A stretch of DNA of 64,000 nucleotides from an uncultured Candidatus Micrarchaeota archaeon (GTDB taxonomy: Archaea; Micrarchaeota; Micrarchaeia; Anstonellales; Bilamarchaeaceae), in the NCBI GenBank assembly GCA_903835385.1, contig CAILMQ010000063.1:5234-69233 (forward strand), given 5' to 3'. Positions within the stretch are counted from its first letter, which is position 1, and every line of letters begins with the position of its first letter. The translations under genes were made by a program, and so were the position numbers. A model generated the notes under the pieces. That model had not been told where the DNA came from. It ran no database searches and worked only from the letters and a program-made list of their open reading frames with translations. Positions 27,305-37,180 of the stretch are shown piece after piece.

Positions 27305-27322
27305 ATTTTGTAAAACAAAATT
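27305..27322 (-). terminator. T-rich tract immediately 3' of tRNA-Gly
   Basis: The - strand reads AAATTTTGTTTTACAAAATTTGG directly after the tRNA 3' end. It also forms a 9-bp AT-rich palindrome (CAAATTTTG/CAAAATTTG). Confidence 0.45.
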
Positions 27323-27394
27323 TGCGACCGCCGGGAATTGAACCCGGTCCGCGAGATTGGCAACCTCGAATCATAACCGGTAGACTACGGTCGC
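27323..27394 (-). tRNA. tRNA-Gly (anticodon GCC), no encoded CCA
   Basis: The reverse complement is GCGACCGTAGTCTACCGGTTATGATTCGAGGTTGCCAATCTCGCGGACCGGGTTCAATTCCCGGCGGTCGCA. It has a 7-bp acceptor stem, anticodon stem CGAGG/TCTCG with loop TTGCCAA, and a T-arm GGGTTCAATTCCC. Confidence 0.9.
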
Positions 27395-27509
27395 TGCAAT
27401 AGAGAAAGACTGATTGTTGAGAAAGTTAATTAATGATTGGCATTGTTGCCCGCAAAACCGGCAAAGAACGGGGTGAGCTTTTTAAAGCTTCGCTTTCTAT
27501 TTAAGGCAC

Positions 27510-28808
27510 ATGAATTTCCGCTATTTGCTATTACTCCTATTGTTGCCATGCATGGTATGCTCGGCAGATACGCTCAGCACGGACACGCCCGAGTGCAACG
27601 TGTCATTCCATGATACGCTGCTGATGCGGGCGCTGGATGCCGCGCACAGGCCCATCGAGGGCGCGGCGCTATACGCATATTACCAGTACTCGGGTTCCAT
27701 CGGGACCCACGGCCAAGACAGCACCTACTATGGCGTGGGCCCGCTCACCACGAACAGCTCCGGCCTGGCGCAGGCCCAGATAGTGAACATCGAGGCTGAT
27801 GAATCCAGGGTGGACTGCAACGTGGAAATAAGCGCCGTGGCCGGGGGAGTGAACGTCACCACGGACATAACCGCCATGCAGCACCCGCATATCATAGACG
27901 TGGGCATCCCCGTATACCTGGTGGTTTTCCATGTCATCGACCCGACCGCAGCCCCGCTCGCGAACGCAACCGTGTGGTTCAACAACGAAACCAAAACCAC
28001 GGACGCGCGGGGGTTCGCGAAGTTCTACGCCCCGATTGGCGCAGCGGACTACCTCATCAGCTATCTGGACGGCAAGCAGCCTGGCAGCATCATGGTTTCC
28101 AACGATGTCAATTTCCAGGCTATAATAAAGTATTACCCGGTCACGGTCCAGGTGGTTGACGATAACGGCAATCCGCTCAATGCCACGCTCGCAACCGGCA
28201 CCAAAGTGGTCCAGCTCGGTTCCAACGGCACCTATTACGACCCGAAGGTCTTCGGCAACAGCTTCCAGTTCAACGTTTCCTACGCGGGCGTGGTCAAGGA
28301 GTCCGTGATGAATCCGGAAACCGACAACCCGAAAAAGGTCCTATACGATTTCACATCGCCGGCCATCGGCACAGTCGTCAAATCGGAGTCGGACGGCAAG
28401 GTCAGGCTTACCATACCGGTCACTGACCCCGGCCTCTACCCGAGTGGCGTGGACCCGGCAAGCATCTCGGTCACCTACAGGGCGGAGTCTGCGACACAGT
28501 GGAGCAGGGCGGTCACTTTCACATCAGCGAAAGGCGTGTTCGCGGCGGATTTTCCGGAGTTCCCTCCGAACAGCGTGATCCAGTTCAAGGTTGAGGCGTC
28601 GGACCTGGAGGGCAACAAGGCCTCGGTGGACGGCCGCTTCAGCACGCTGCCTCCGCCGCCTGCAAACAGCTCCAACAGCTCCATAACCCCGCAGTCACAG
28701 GCGCCCGCGGGGCAGGGGCTTCCGCTGGTCGGCATAGTGGGCGCAATCGCGCTCCTCATTTTCCTGGTTTACATGTTCTATCGTCTGAAAGGGGGTGGTG
28801 ATTCATAA
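27510..28808 (+). CDS. Secreted surface protein with C-terminal TM anchor (S-layer/adhesin-like)
   Basis: Signal peptide MNFRYLLLLLLLPCMVCSA. Many N-x-S/T sequons. A Pro/Ser-rich stalk is followed by LPLVGIVGAIALLIFLVYMFY and a basic tail. Confidence 0.6.
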   Translation: MNFRYLLLLLLLPCMVCSADTLSTDTPECNVSFHDTLLMRALDAAHRPIEGAALYAYYQYSGSIGTHGQDSTYYGVGPLTTNSSGLAQAQIVNIEADESRVDCNVEISAVAGGVNVTTDITAMQHPHIIDVGIPVYLVVFHVIDPTAAPLANATVWFNNETKTTDARGFAKFYAPIGAADYLISYLDGKQPGSIMVSNDVNFQAIIKYYPVTVQVVDDNGNPLNATLATGTKVVQLGSNGTYYDPKVFGNSFQFNVSYAGVVKESVMNPETDNPKKVLYDFTSPAIGTVVKSESDGKVRLTIPVTDPGLYPSGVDPASISVTYRAESATQWSRAVTFTSAKGVFAADFPEFPPNSVIQFKVEASDLEGNKASVDGRFSTLPPPPANSSNSSITPQSQAPAGQGLPLVGIVGAIALLIFLVYMFYRLKGGGDS

Positions 28809-28912
28809 GTGGTAAATGTGGTTAAAAAAGGCAGGTTTAAAAACGCTATGTTTTATAAGTAAGTACATAAGTGTTCATAAAGTGCAATATGTAGGTATGA
28901 AGCAAGGTGATT

Positions 28913-29653
28913 ATGATGCCACGGGGGAAAAAGATTGTTATTGAAACTGAAATAGAAGACGAATTCATTGACAAGTACAGGTCAATCGACCTGGTGGGCA
29001 TAAAGGCCCGCAGGGACAATGTGGAAAAGGGTCTCGCAAGCTCTGTGGCCAGCGTGTTCAAGGTGGCCCAGAACCTTTACAAGCAGAAGGCGAGCGAGGA
29101 CGAGCTCGAAGGCAAGCATGAGCTCTTCTCCGTAAGGTCGGCCTACGACTACCTCAAGGAGAACGGAGTGTACATCTCCTTCAGGGCGTTCGGCGGCAGG
29201 ATAGAGCGCGGCACAGTCCCGTTCGTGAAGGTCGGAAGGAAGAGATTCATCCCGAAAGCCATATTGGAAGACGTGGTGAACACCAAGAGCGAGTTCTTCA
29301 CCGTGAAGGAAGCCTACCAGGAGTACAAGAAATCCAATCCGCAGATAAACTTCCGCGCGTTCATAGGCAGGATAGAGAAGGGCTCCGTGCCATCCGTGAA
29401 ATTCGGCACCAGGAGGCTCGTGCCGAGGGATGCCGTGGATGCGCTCACACACATCAGCAACAATTACTTCTCCGTGAGCCAGGCGGTGAAGGAGCTCCAC
29501 AAGAACGGCATAAGGCTGAAGCGCAACGCCTTCGAGCGCAGGCTCGACCGCGGCAGGATACCGCACGAGAAGGTCGGCGGCAGGCGCTTCATCCACGAAG
29601 ACGTCCTCCAGGAGCTGGTGGACAAGGAAGTCGCGCTTCGCTCCAGGCAGTAA
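28913..29653 (+). CDS. DNA-binding protein with three tandem excisionase/MerR-type HTH repeats
   Basis: Three repeats of about 55 aa share F(S/T)V..A...(L/Y)......I..RAF..RI(E/D)(R/K)G..P..K.G.RR(F/L)(I/V)P. The track start at 28907 is GTG; the first ATG is at 28913. Confidence 0.6.
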   Translation: MMPRGKKIVIETEIEDEFIDKYRSIDLVGIKARRDNVEKGLASSVASVFKVAQNLYKQKASEDELEGKHELFSVRSAYDYLKENGVYISFRAFGGRIERGTVPFVKVGRKRFIPKAILEDVVNTKSEFFTVKEAYQEYKKSNPQINFRAFIGRIEKGSVPSVKFGTRRLVPRDAVDALTHISNNYFSVSQAVKELHKNGIRLKRNAFERRLDRGRIPHEKVGGRRFIHEDVLQELVDKEVALRSRQ

Positions 29654-29707
29654 AGCCCGGAGTCCTTATTTTTTATTCTCTTTTCTTCTAATCATACCTG
29701 ATTCTGA

Positions 29708-32155
29708 ATGGTTATCCGCAAGGCTTACCTGCTTGACGTCGATTACATCGTGAGGAACGGCCAGTCCTACATCCGCCTCCTGGTGAAAGGCAAAAAGGCG
29801 GCCCGGCTCTACTACCGCTACGACCCCTATTTCTACGCCGAGGTTCCCCTGGAGCGGAAGGAGGAGCTGCTCAACATGGCGGCATACGCCAGGGACGGCA
29901 CAAGGGTGAGCCCGAAGGAAGTGCTGGAGGCCGAGCTGCAATGGGGCCAGAAAAAGAAGCGGCTCGTGAAGGTGGTCTGCAAACAGCCGTCGGACGTCCC
30001 GGTCCTGCGCAGTGCGATTCCATTTCCCTGCTACGAGGACGGCATCCCGTTCGGCCGCAGGTTCATATTCGACATGCGGCTCACCCCGCTCGGCCTCATC
30101 CGCTACGAGCGCGAAAAGCAGCTTATAAAGAGGATAATATCGTGCGAACCGGGCACAATGTTGCCGCTTTCTTCGCAGCGGCAACGTGCGCCTTGTTCGC
30201 CCGAGGCGAACAAGTGCGACCCGAAACTCAATACCCTCGCCTTTGACATAGAAACGTACAATCCCGCCGGAGCGCCGCGCGAAAAGGTCGACCCTGTCAT
30301 AATGATAAGCTGGTGCGGCAAGGACGAGGGCGTGCTCACGACCAAGCCGGACAGCCAGCCGTTCGTGCGAACAGTGGGCAGCGAGAAAATGATGCTCGAG
30401 GAATTCGGCCGCCTGGTAAAGGAGCAGGACCCTGACATAATTTTCGGGTACAACAGCGCGAATTTCGACCTCCCCTACCTCGCCACCCGTTCCACGGCCA
30501 CTGCCGCCGGCCTGCAGCTGGGCCGCTACAGGGCGCAGCTGAAGCAAACCAAGCGCGGTCTGACCACCGGGGTTAAAATAGCGGGCAGGATTCACGTGGA
30601 CATCTATCCCATGCTCCGTTTCTTCGGCCACATCGGCATGATAAAGGTGCCGGACTACACGCTGCGAACAGTCGCGGCGGCGCTCACCAAGAGCGGCAAG
30701 AAGGATGTGAAAGGGGACGACATCTGGAGGCTCTGGGATTCGGATAACATAGGGGAGCTGGCTGAATACGCGCTCACGGACTCCAGGGTCACGAAGGAAA
30801 TCGGAGACCGCTACCTTCAGGTTGAGGCGGAACTATCCAGCCTAGCCAAGCTTCCGCTCTACGACACATCGCTGGCCACCTCGGGCCAGCTGGTGGAGAA
30901 CCTGCTGATGTTCGAGGCGGTCGGCAAGGGCATGCTCATACCCCCCAAGCCAGCCGGAGGCGCAATAGCGGAACGGCTCGCGGCCCCCATACAGGGCGCC
31001 TATGTCAAGCTCCCCGAGCCGGGCGTGTACGAGAACATCGCGGTGCTGGATTTCCGCGGCCTGTACCCGTCCATAATAGTCGCCTACAACATAGACCCGG
31101 GAACCATGGTGGCGGACGGCGCCGGCCCCAAAGAGGAAGATACCAATATATCGCCAACCGGTGCGCTATTCCTCAAATCCCCGACCGGTCTCATCCCATC
31201 CGTGCTCGACCACCTCATCGACGTCAGGTCCGAAATCAAGAAGCAGCTCAAGGCGCTGGACAAGGATTCCGACGAGTACCGGATGCTGCACGCCCGTTCC
31301 AACGCAATCAAGGTGGTGTCCAATTCCTTCTACGGCTACCTCGCCTACGCCCGCTCGAGATGGTACTCCCGCGAGTGCGGCGAATCCGTGACCGCCTACG
31401 GCCGCAAGCACATCATGGAAACCATGGACAAGGCCGAGAAATTAGGGTTCAGGGTGCTGTACGGCGATACTGACAGCGTGATGTTAATCTACAAAAACAA
31501 AGACGATGTCCTGAAATTCATGAAGGACACGAACGCATCCCTTCCCGAGAAGATGGAGCTCGAGCTCGAGGGCTTCTACCCCCGCGGAGTGTTCGTTTCG
31601 AAAAAAGGCGGAAGCGAGAAGGGCGCCAAGAAAAAATACGCGCTGCTCGGCGACGACGGCCGCATAAAGATACGGGGATTCGAGCTGGTGCGCAGGGACT
31701 GGTCCCAGATAGCGAAAAAGACGCAGTTCGCGGTGCTCGAGGCCATACTCCGCGACGGTTCAAAGGAGAAGGCGGTGAAAATCGTGCGGGACACCTTAGA
31801 GCGGGTGCTGCGCGGCGACGTTTCCATGGAGGAGCTCACAATAGTGACGCAGCTCAAGAAGGACCCCCGCGGCGGCTACGAGGTCGCGTCCCCGGAGCTG
31901 TCCGCGGCGCAAAAGGGCATCGGGCGGGGCATGGCAATGGAGACCGGCAGCGTGGTCTCCTTCGTGATAACGAAGAAAGGAAAGTCCATATCCGAAAAAG
32001 CCGAGCTGGCCGAATATGCGAAGGACTACGACCCGGACTACTATATAAACAATCAGATACTCCCCGCGGTGATGAAAATCCTCAAGGAGCTGGGCTACGA
32101 CGAGTACAGCCTGAAGGTCGGCGGCAGGCAGAAGACGCTGGACCTTTTCGTCTGA
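29708..32155 (+). CDS. polB: Family B DNA polymerase
   Basis: Exo I FDIETYN, pol motif A DFRGLYPSIIVAYNI, motif B KVVSNSFYGY, motif C YGDTDS. 815 aa. Confidence 0.92.
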   Translation: MVIRKAYLLDVDYIVRNGQSYIRLLVKGKKAARLYYRYDPYFYAEVPLERKEELLNMAAYARDGTRVSPKEVLEAELQWGQKKKRLVKVVCKQPSDVPVLRSAIPFPCYEDGIPFGRRFIFDMRLTPLGLIRYEREKQLIKRIISCEPGTMLPLSSQRQRAPCSPEANKCDPKLNTLAFDIETYNPAGAPREKVDPVIMISWCGKDEGVLTTKPDSQPFVRTVGSEKMMLEEFGRLVKEQDPDIIFGYNSANFDLPYLATRSTATAAGLQLGRYRAQLKQTKRGLTTGVKIAGRIHVDIYPMLRFFGHIGMIKVPDYTLRTVAAALTKSGKKDVKGDDIWRLWDSDNIGELAEYALTDSRVTKEIGDRYLQVEAELSSLAKLPLYDTSLATSGQLVENLLMFEAVGKGMLIPPKPAGGAIAERLAAPIQGAYVKLPEPGVYENIAVLDFRGLYPSIIVAYNIDPGTMVADGAGPKEEDTNISPTGALFLKSPTGLIPSVLDHLIDVRSEIKKQLKALDKDSDEYRMLHARSNAIKVVSNSFYGYLAYARSRWYSRECGESVTAYGRKHIMETMDKAEKLGFRVLYGDTDSVMLIYKNKDDVLKFMKDTNASLPEKMELELEGFYPRGVFVSKKGGSEKGAKKKYALLGDDGRIKIRGFELVRRDWSQIAKKTQFAVLEAILRDGSKEKAVKIVRDTLERVLRGDVSMEELTIVTQLKKDPRGGYEVASPELSAAQKGIGRGMAMETGSVVSFVITKKGKSISEKAELAEYAKDYDPDYYINNQILPAVMKILKELGYDEYSLKVGGRQKTLDLFV

Positions 32156-32208
32156 AGCCCCATCTCAAGCTATTTTAACCTTGCCTGAGATAGGTTAATG
32201 GCGATTAT

Positions 32209-32673
32209 ATGGCGGGGCCTGCACCAGAGCAAAAAACCAAAAAAAAGGAACAGAGCAAACTGGACGAGCAGTTCGCACAACTTATGCAACAGCCGCTCTC
32301 GAAACCGAAGGTTGTGGAAACCGAGCTGAAGGAATACGAGAAACTGGCCCTTGCGCAGGCCAAATCGCCGGGCCTGTCCTGGCGCGTTTTCCTCAAGAAG
32401 GTCCTGGAATCCCCGCTTCCTAAGGACGAGGATCAGTCACTTGAGGGCTATGTGAAGGCTGCCATATCGTCCCAGACCCCAATTCCGGTAAAAAAGGCCG
32501 AACCTGAGAGCGTCCGGGCTATAAAGGACATGGTCGCGATGAAAACCCCCAGCGATGCCAAGCTCACCAAAGAAGCCGTCGCCGACACATTGAAGCTGGC
32601 GCTCATCCTGGAGGCGCATGACCCCAGAACGAACTTCCGGAAAAATTGGTGCGGAGAGGAGAAGGTGGTTTGA
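32209..32673 (+). CDS. Hypothetical protein
   Basis: 154-aa ORF abutting the next gene (stop 32671-73, next ATG at 32674). No motif recognised. Confidence 0.45.
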   Translation: MAGPAPEQKTKKKEQSKLDEQFAQLMQQPLSKPKVVETELKEYEKLALAQAKSPGLSWRVFLKKVLESPLPKDEDQSLEGYVKAAISSQTPIPVKKAEPESVRAIKDMVAMKTPSDAKLTKEAVADTLKLALILEAHDPRTNFRKNWCGEEKVV

Positions 32674-33021
32674 ATGGTGGATTTCGATTATGTGAGCGAG
32701 GACACTAAGCGTACGATAATGAGCATCTGGACCGGCATGTCCGAATCCGACAAGACCCATTTCATAAACCAGGTGGCCCTTGCCCTGAGCGTTTGGGGCG
32801 ACGACGTGAGGGGCAAGCGGCTGGTGGTGGAAGTCCTCGAGCGCATGGCGGAGAACAGCACAAAGACGCTCGCGGATTTCGGGATTTACGCAAGAAAGGC
32901 CGAGGACTCGCGGCTCGCCCGCGACCGGGTGGCCAGGATGAAAAGGGCATCCCTCGTCCTGGAAGGCTACCGCATAAAGCACGGCCTGCCCTCAATGCCT
33001 CACAAAGAGCTAGGCCTATGA
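32674..33021 (+). CDS. Hypothetical protein
   Basis: 115-aa ORF that overlaps the pus10 start by ATGA. Confidence 0.45.
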   Translation: MVDFDYVSEDTKRTIMSIWTGMSESDKTHFINQVALALSVWGDDVRGKRLVVEVLERMAENSTKTLADFGIYARKAEDSRLARDRVARMKRASLVLEGYRIKHGLPSMPHKELGL

Positions 33022-34109
33022 ATAAGCCGCCCAAAAGCGTGGCAGCGCTGGTGAAAACCGCACTGCCCCTGCTTTCTGCAGCATCCTCCTTCTCAATATC
33101 CACGAAAATCCCCAAGGAATGGCTCTCAGCCGAGGAATCGGGCTTCGACAGGAAGCTCGCCTGGGCCGAATCAATAAAAAGCGCGCTCAACAAAAAAATA
33201 TCCTCGGCGCTCGCAAAGTCGTCCGGTATCCCCTACGACGCCGAGGGCGACGTGCGCGTGGTTTTCGATTTCACAGGCGACAAGGCAATAGTCTCAAGCG
33301 AACGCATCCCTTTGTTCGTTTTCGGCAGGTACAGGAAGCTCGTGCCCGGGCTGTCCCAGAGCAGGTGGATTTGCGCGGACTGCCAGGGCAAGGGATGCGG
33401 AAAGTGCGCCGGCAGGGGCAGGCACTACGACTCCGTGGAAGAGCGCATCGGGGACGTGATGAAAAAATATTTCGCAGCAGAAGATTACACCATACACGCG
33501 TCCGGCCGCGAGGACGTTGACGCGACGAATACCGGGGGAAGGCCGTTCGTGATGGAGATAAAAAACCCTGGCAGCCGCAAAGCAGACATCCATGCAATCG
33601 AGAGCGAGGTCGCCTCGGGCAAGGAGGTCGCAATAGCCAATTCCATCATAGTCCCGCGCACCTTTGTCGAGCTCGTTACGGAGTCGCATTTCGACAAGGA
33701 GTACGAGGCGGAAGTGGAGTTCGAAAAGGACGCGCTCGTGCCTGAATTGCAAAAAATCCTGGCGCTCGCAGGCACGGTCCTGGAGCAGCAGACTCCTGAA
33801 CGCGTGGCGCACAGGAGGGCGGACCTGGTCCGCAAACGCAAAGTCATCGAGCTTGAACTCATCGAGACCCAAGACTCGACGCGAGGAAGCGAAGCTTCCG
33901 GGCGTCCCCTGCCCGAAACAACGGGCAAGTGGAGACATGCGACCTTCAGGATAAAGGCAGAGGCAGGAACCTACATCAAGGAACTGGTTTCCGGGGACAA
34001 CGGCCGGACAATTCCGAGTTTCACCGGGGTTTTGGGCTTCGGTGCGAAATGCACGCGGCTCGCAGTCACGAAAATAGAGGACGGGTTTCTGGACACCTGC
34101 CTTCCCTAG
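33018..34109 (+). CDS. pus10: tRNA pseudouridine synthase Pus10
   Basis: Zinc ribbon CADCQGKGCGKCAGRG, the GREDVDATNTGGRPFVMEI catalytic-Asp motif, and C-terminal YIKELVSGDNGRT. The start at MNKPPKS (33018) removes the non-homologous track extension. Confidence 0.8.
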   Translation: MNKPPKSVAALVKTALPLLSAASSFSISTKIPKEWLSAEESGFDRKLAWAESIKSALNKKISSALAKSSGIPYDAEGDVRVVFDFTGDKAIVSSERIPLFVFGRYRKLVPGLSQSRWICADCQGKGCGKCAGRGRHYDSVEERIGDVMKKYFAAEDYTIHASGREDVDATNTGGRPFVMEIKNPGSRKADIHAIESEVASGKEVAIANSIIVPRTFVELVTESHFDKEYEAEVEFEKDALVPELQKILALAGTVLEQQTPERVAHRRADLVRKRKVIELELIETQDSTRGSEASGRPLPETTGKWRHATFRIKAEAGTYIKELVSGDNGRTIPSFTGVLGFGAKCTRLAVTKIEDGFLDTCLP

Positions 34110-34762
34110 ACGCCGTACTTTTTCCTGTAGGCCAGGAACGATTCGTAGCTCTCGTTGTCCACGTACACCTTCCCGTCAATGTCCCTGCCCTTGAGGTGCT
34201 CGAAGATATCCGCGATGGTCGTTATGGGGAAGACGGGAATTCCCATGTCCTCCGTGAACTCCGCAACGGCGCTGCCCCTCCTGCCGCGCTCCATCCTGTC
34301 CACTGCGATGACTATGCCGCACACCTCGGCCTTCAGCCCCTTCTGGAGCTTGGCTATGGCCTCCAGCTTGGTCTCGCCCGTGGTCATCACGTCGTCCACC
34401 ATCACAATCCTGGCGCCGTGGTCCACGGAGCCCACGAACGCGCCAGCGTCCCCGTAGGTCTTCTTCTCCTTCCTGTCGAAAAGCCAGCTTTTGTTCATCC
34501 CGAAATCCTTTGCCAATGCCACGCTCGCGCAAACCGCGAGCGGTATTCCCTTGTAGGCAGGGCCGAAGACCGCATCAAATTGGTCCCCGAACGAGTCCTT
34601 TATCTTCTGCGCATAGTGCCTGCCCAGCTCGTAGGACACGGCTCCTGCGGACAGGTCTCCGGTGGATATGAAATAGGGCGACTCCCTGCCTGATTTGAGC
34701 ACGAAATCCCCGAATTTGACAGCCCCGGTCCTGGCCAGGAATTCTATGAATGAGGTATTCAA
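34106..34762 (-). CDS. pyrE: Orotate phosphoribosyltransferase
   Basis: GDFVLKSGRESPYFI and the PRPP-binding loop IVMVDDVMTTGETK. There is an apparent TTG start at 34762 and no nearby in-frame ATG. Confidence 0.8.
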   Translation of the reverse strand: MNTSFIEFLARTGAVKFGDFVLKSGRESPYFISTGDLSAGAVSYELGRHYAQKIKDSFGDQFDAVFGPAYKGIPLAVCASVALAKDFGMNKSWLFDRKEKKTYGDAGAFVGSVDHGARIVMVDDVMTTGETKLEAIAKLQKGLKAEVCGIVIAVDRMERGRRGSAVAEFTEDMGIPVFPITTIADIFEHLKGRDIDGKVYVDNESYESFLAYRKKYGV

Positions 34763-34819
34763 TGTATCACCGTAGCCATTTACCAGTTAAACTTATTTAC
34801 CTTGCGCGGCAAAGGTGCG

Positions 34820-35677
34820 ATGATGAAAGGGAAACTCGGTGCAGCGAAGCTGTCGTTTTTCGTGAATCTCACCCTGCTCGCCAGCAAAATCGCAGCCGCA
34901 TTCATAACCAACAGCATCGGCCTTTACGCCGAATCAGCCCACTCCCTTTTCGACCTCCTGGCCTCCGTGCTCGCCTACCTGGGCATAAAGAAGGCGGGCG
35001 AGCCCGAGGACGCGGACCACCACTACGGCCATGAGAAGTTCGAGACGCTCTCGTCCATGCTACAGGCGCTCCTCATAGCCGGCACCGCGCTCGTCATCCT
35101 GTTCGAGGCATGGCAGAAGCTCTCCTCGCCCGGAAAGGTGGAGATGTCCGAAGTGGGCATCGGCCTCATGCTCCTGTCCATCCCCCTGGCTTACCTGACA
35201 TCCAAGAAACTCGAGCGTGCGGCGAAGGAGGCCGGCGGCAGCCAGGCGCTGGAGGCGGATTCCGCGCATTTCACCACCGACATAATCAGCTCGCTCGCGG
35301 TCCTCTTAGGCCTGGTGCTCGTGCGCTTGGGCTATGCGGCCGGGGATCCGGTAGCGGCGTTCGTGGTCGCGCTGGTGATGCTCTACATATCCTTCGAGCT
35401 GCTCTCCCGCTCATTCATTGTTTTCATGGATTTCAGCCCTGACCAGGGTACCATGAACCTGATAGAGGGAATACTAACCACCGACGGGAGAATAACCCGG
35501 TTCCACAAGCTCAGGGCAAGGTATGCCGGGAGCAGAATCCTGGTGGACGTCCATATCCAGGTGCCGCACCATACGGGCATAAAGCAGGCCCATTCAATCG
35601 CCCACGAAGTGAAGGGGAAGATAATGAAGGCGGTGCCTGCGGTCAAGGAAGTGAACATACACATAGAGCCGGACTAG
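34820..35677 (+). CDS. Cation diffusion facilitator (CDF) family metal efflux transporter
   Basis: AHSLFDLLAS, HHYGHEKFE and DSAHFTTD motifs, six hydrophobic helices and a C-terminal cytoplasmic domain. The first ATG is at 34820. Confidence 0.8.
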   Translation: MMKGKLGAAKLSFFVNLTLLASKIAAAFITNSIGLYAESAHSLFDLLASVLAYLGIKKAGEPEDADHHYGHEKFETLSSMLQALLIAGTALVILFEAWQKLSSPGKVEMSEVGIGLMLLSIPLAYLTSKKLERAAKEAGGSQALEADSAHFTTDIISSLAVLLGLVLVRLGYAAGDPVAAFVVALVMLYISFELLSRSFIVFMDFSPDQGTMNLIEGILTTDGRITRFHKLRARYAGSRILVDVHIQVPHHTGIKQAHSIAHEVKGKIMKAVPAVKEVNIHIEPD

Positions 35678-35692
35678 TTGCGCTTCGCCAAT

Positions 35693-36379
35693 TCAGAACC
35701 CGAAAATCACGTACTTCAGAATCATCCATGCCGCGTAGAACACCATTCCAACGGCAAAAGTTGCAACAGTATCCCTCGAATTTATTTCGCTCATGCTTCC
35801 GTCGGACTGGCGTATGGTTTGGGGGGCTCCGGGCCCGAAATTCTTCCTGACAAGCGCCAGGTTTTCAGCCTCGGTTTTCGGGAAAATCCTTGCCATTGCC
35901 TTTCCCATCCAGGTTCCAAAAAACAGTACCCCGAAAATGCCAACCCCATACCAGACGAAAAGAACCACGAAAGAACCGGGGTTCATGACTGCGTAATAAG
36001 CTTCCTGCCCGATGGACAGGAAAAAAAGCGCGACAGGCAGGATAGAGTCATCCCCTCTTTTCCTGATCTTGCGGACAACCAGATAAGAGGCAAGGAACGC
36101 GAACAATAAAAGTATCGGCAAGCCGTTGCATACGTTGCACAACCCACCCCGCAGGAGCATGTCCGGCACGCCCTTAAGAAGCATATAAGGCACTAGTACG
36201 AGAACGAAACTGAGCAGGAATATAATGTAATTGTCCTCGCTCGCCGTGACCAGCCAGACCGCCCATTTTTTGGGCTCGAAATAGCGGGATATGAAAACCC
36301 AGGCAAGGGCAAGGTAGTTGAATATGAGAAACGCGGTGCCGAGATAGCCGATTGCCTGCGACGGAAAATCAAACGCCAT
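35693..36379 (-). CDS. Integral membrane protein, function unknown
   Basis: 228 aa with multiple hydrophobic helices. Confidence 0.5.
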   Translation of the reverse strand: MAFDFPSQAIGYLGTAFLIFNYLALAWVFISRYFEPKKWAVWLVTASEDNYIIFLLSFVLVLVPYMLLKGVPDMLLRGGLCNVCNGLPILLLFAFLASYLVVRKIRKRGDDSILPVALFFLSIGQEAYYAVMNPGSFVVLFVWYGVGIFGVLFFGTWMGKAMARIFPKTEAENLALVRKNFGPGAPQTIRQSDGSMSEINSRDTVATFAVGMVFYAAWMILKYVIFGF

Positions 36380-36381
36380 AT

Positions 36382-37146
36382 TTATCTGCTCTTCGCCCCT
36401 TCCCTTACCGCTTTCACAATCTCCTTTATCTTGGAAACAGAGCCCTCCCTTTCGAACGCGGTTCCGACCTGGATGATGTCGGCGCCCGCCTTCACAACGG
36501 CCCGCGCCTCATCCGGCGTCCTTATGCCACCTGCCGCGATGTACGGGATTGATATCGAGGACTTCACGGCCTTCACCATGTCAAGGGGGATGTGCCCTTC
36601 AGCGGGATTGCTTCCGGCATCCGTGATGAAGAACCTGAAGCCCATGCATTCGGCGGCCATTCCGAAGGCCGCGGCGATTTTCGGCTTGTTCCTGGGTATG
36701 CGCTTGGCGTCCCCGACCCAGCCCACGGTTCCCCCGGGTTCCACGACCACATAGGCCACTGGAAGCGGCTCCACGCCGTACATCCTCACCATAGGCGCGG
36801 CGAGCATCTGCGCCTCGCTTATCCAGTAGGTGTTGCGCGAATTGAGCATGGACATGAAATAGACCGCGTCCGCGTATTTGGTGAGCGTGCCTACGTTGCC
36901 CGGGAAAAGCACGACCGGCTTGGACACGCTCTCCTTTATCTGTTTCGCGATTGAGTCCAGCGGCTCGCCCTGCACTCCGGTGCTTCCGCCTATGAGTATG
37001 ACGTCAGCGTCCGCCTCGTCCGCGTTCTTCGCGGTCCTGACTGCCTCTGCCGGCGACTTGTAATCCAACGGGTCTATGAGCGCGAACAGGAGGCCTTTTT
37101 TCCTTCCCAGTTCGTCCAGTATGTATTTTTCCGTCTTTCCTATCAT
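36382..37146 (-). CDS. Geranylgeranylglyceryl phosphate synthase (PcrB/GGGPS family)
   Basis: LIDPLD..., ILIGGSTGV, FPGN and AGGIRT..EA motifs of the TIM-barrel GGGPS family. Adjacent to a geranylgeranyl reductase gene. Confidence 0.8.
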   Translation of the reverse strand: MIGKTEKYILDELGRKKGLLFALIDPLDYKSPAEAVRTAKNADEADADVILIGGSTGVQGEPLDSIAKQIKESVSKPVVLFPGNVGTLTKYADAVYFMSMLNSRNTYWISEAQMLAAPMVRMYGVEPLPVAYVVVEPGGTVGWVGDAKRIPRNKPKIAAAFGMAAECMGFRFFITDAGSNPAEGHIPLDMVKAVKSSISIPYIAAGGIRTPDEARAVVKAGADIIQVGTAFEREGSVSKIKEIVKAVREGAKSR

Positions 37147-37180
37147 GGAAAAGTATTAGGTGCGCTACCCTTAAAAAGCG

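Noticed and set aside
27118-27363. An 81-aa minus-strand ORF
   Set aside because: It overlaps the tRNA-Gly gene and its downstream spacer and has no coding features.
27031-27509. A search for an integrase, att-like repeats or a mobile-element boundary next to tRNA-Gly
   Set aside because: There is no integrase or transposase ORF and no copy of the tRNA 3' end nearby. Only an 8-bp GC hairpin (GTGGTCGG-CGCA-CCGACCAC, about 27278-27297) and AT-rich spacer were seen.
29666-30631. A 321-aa minus-strand ORF opposite the 5' part of polB
   Set aside because: It is antisense to a gene with all family-B polymerase motifs, and its composition is low-complexity.
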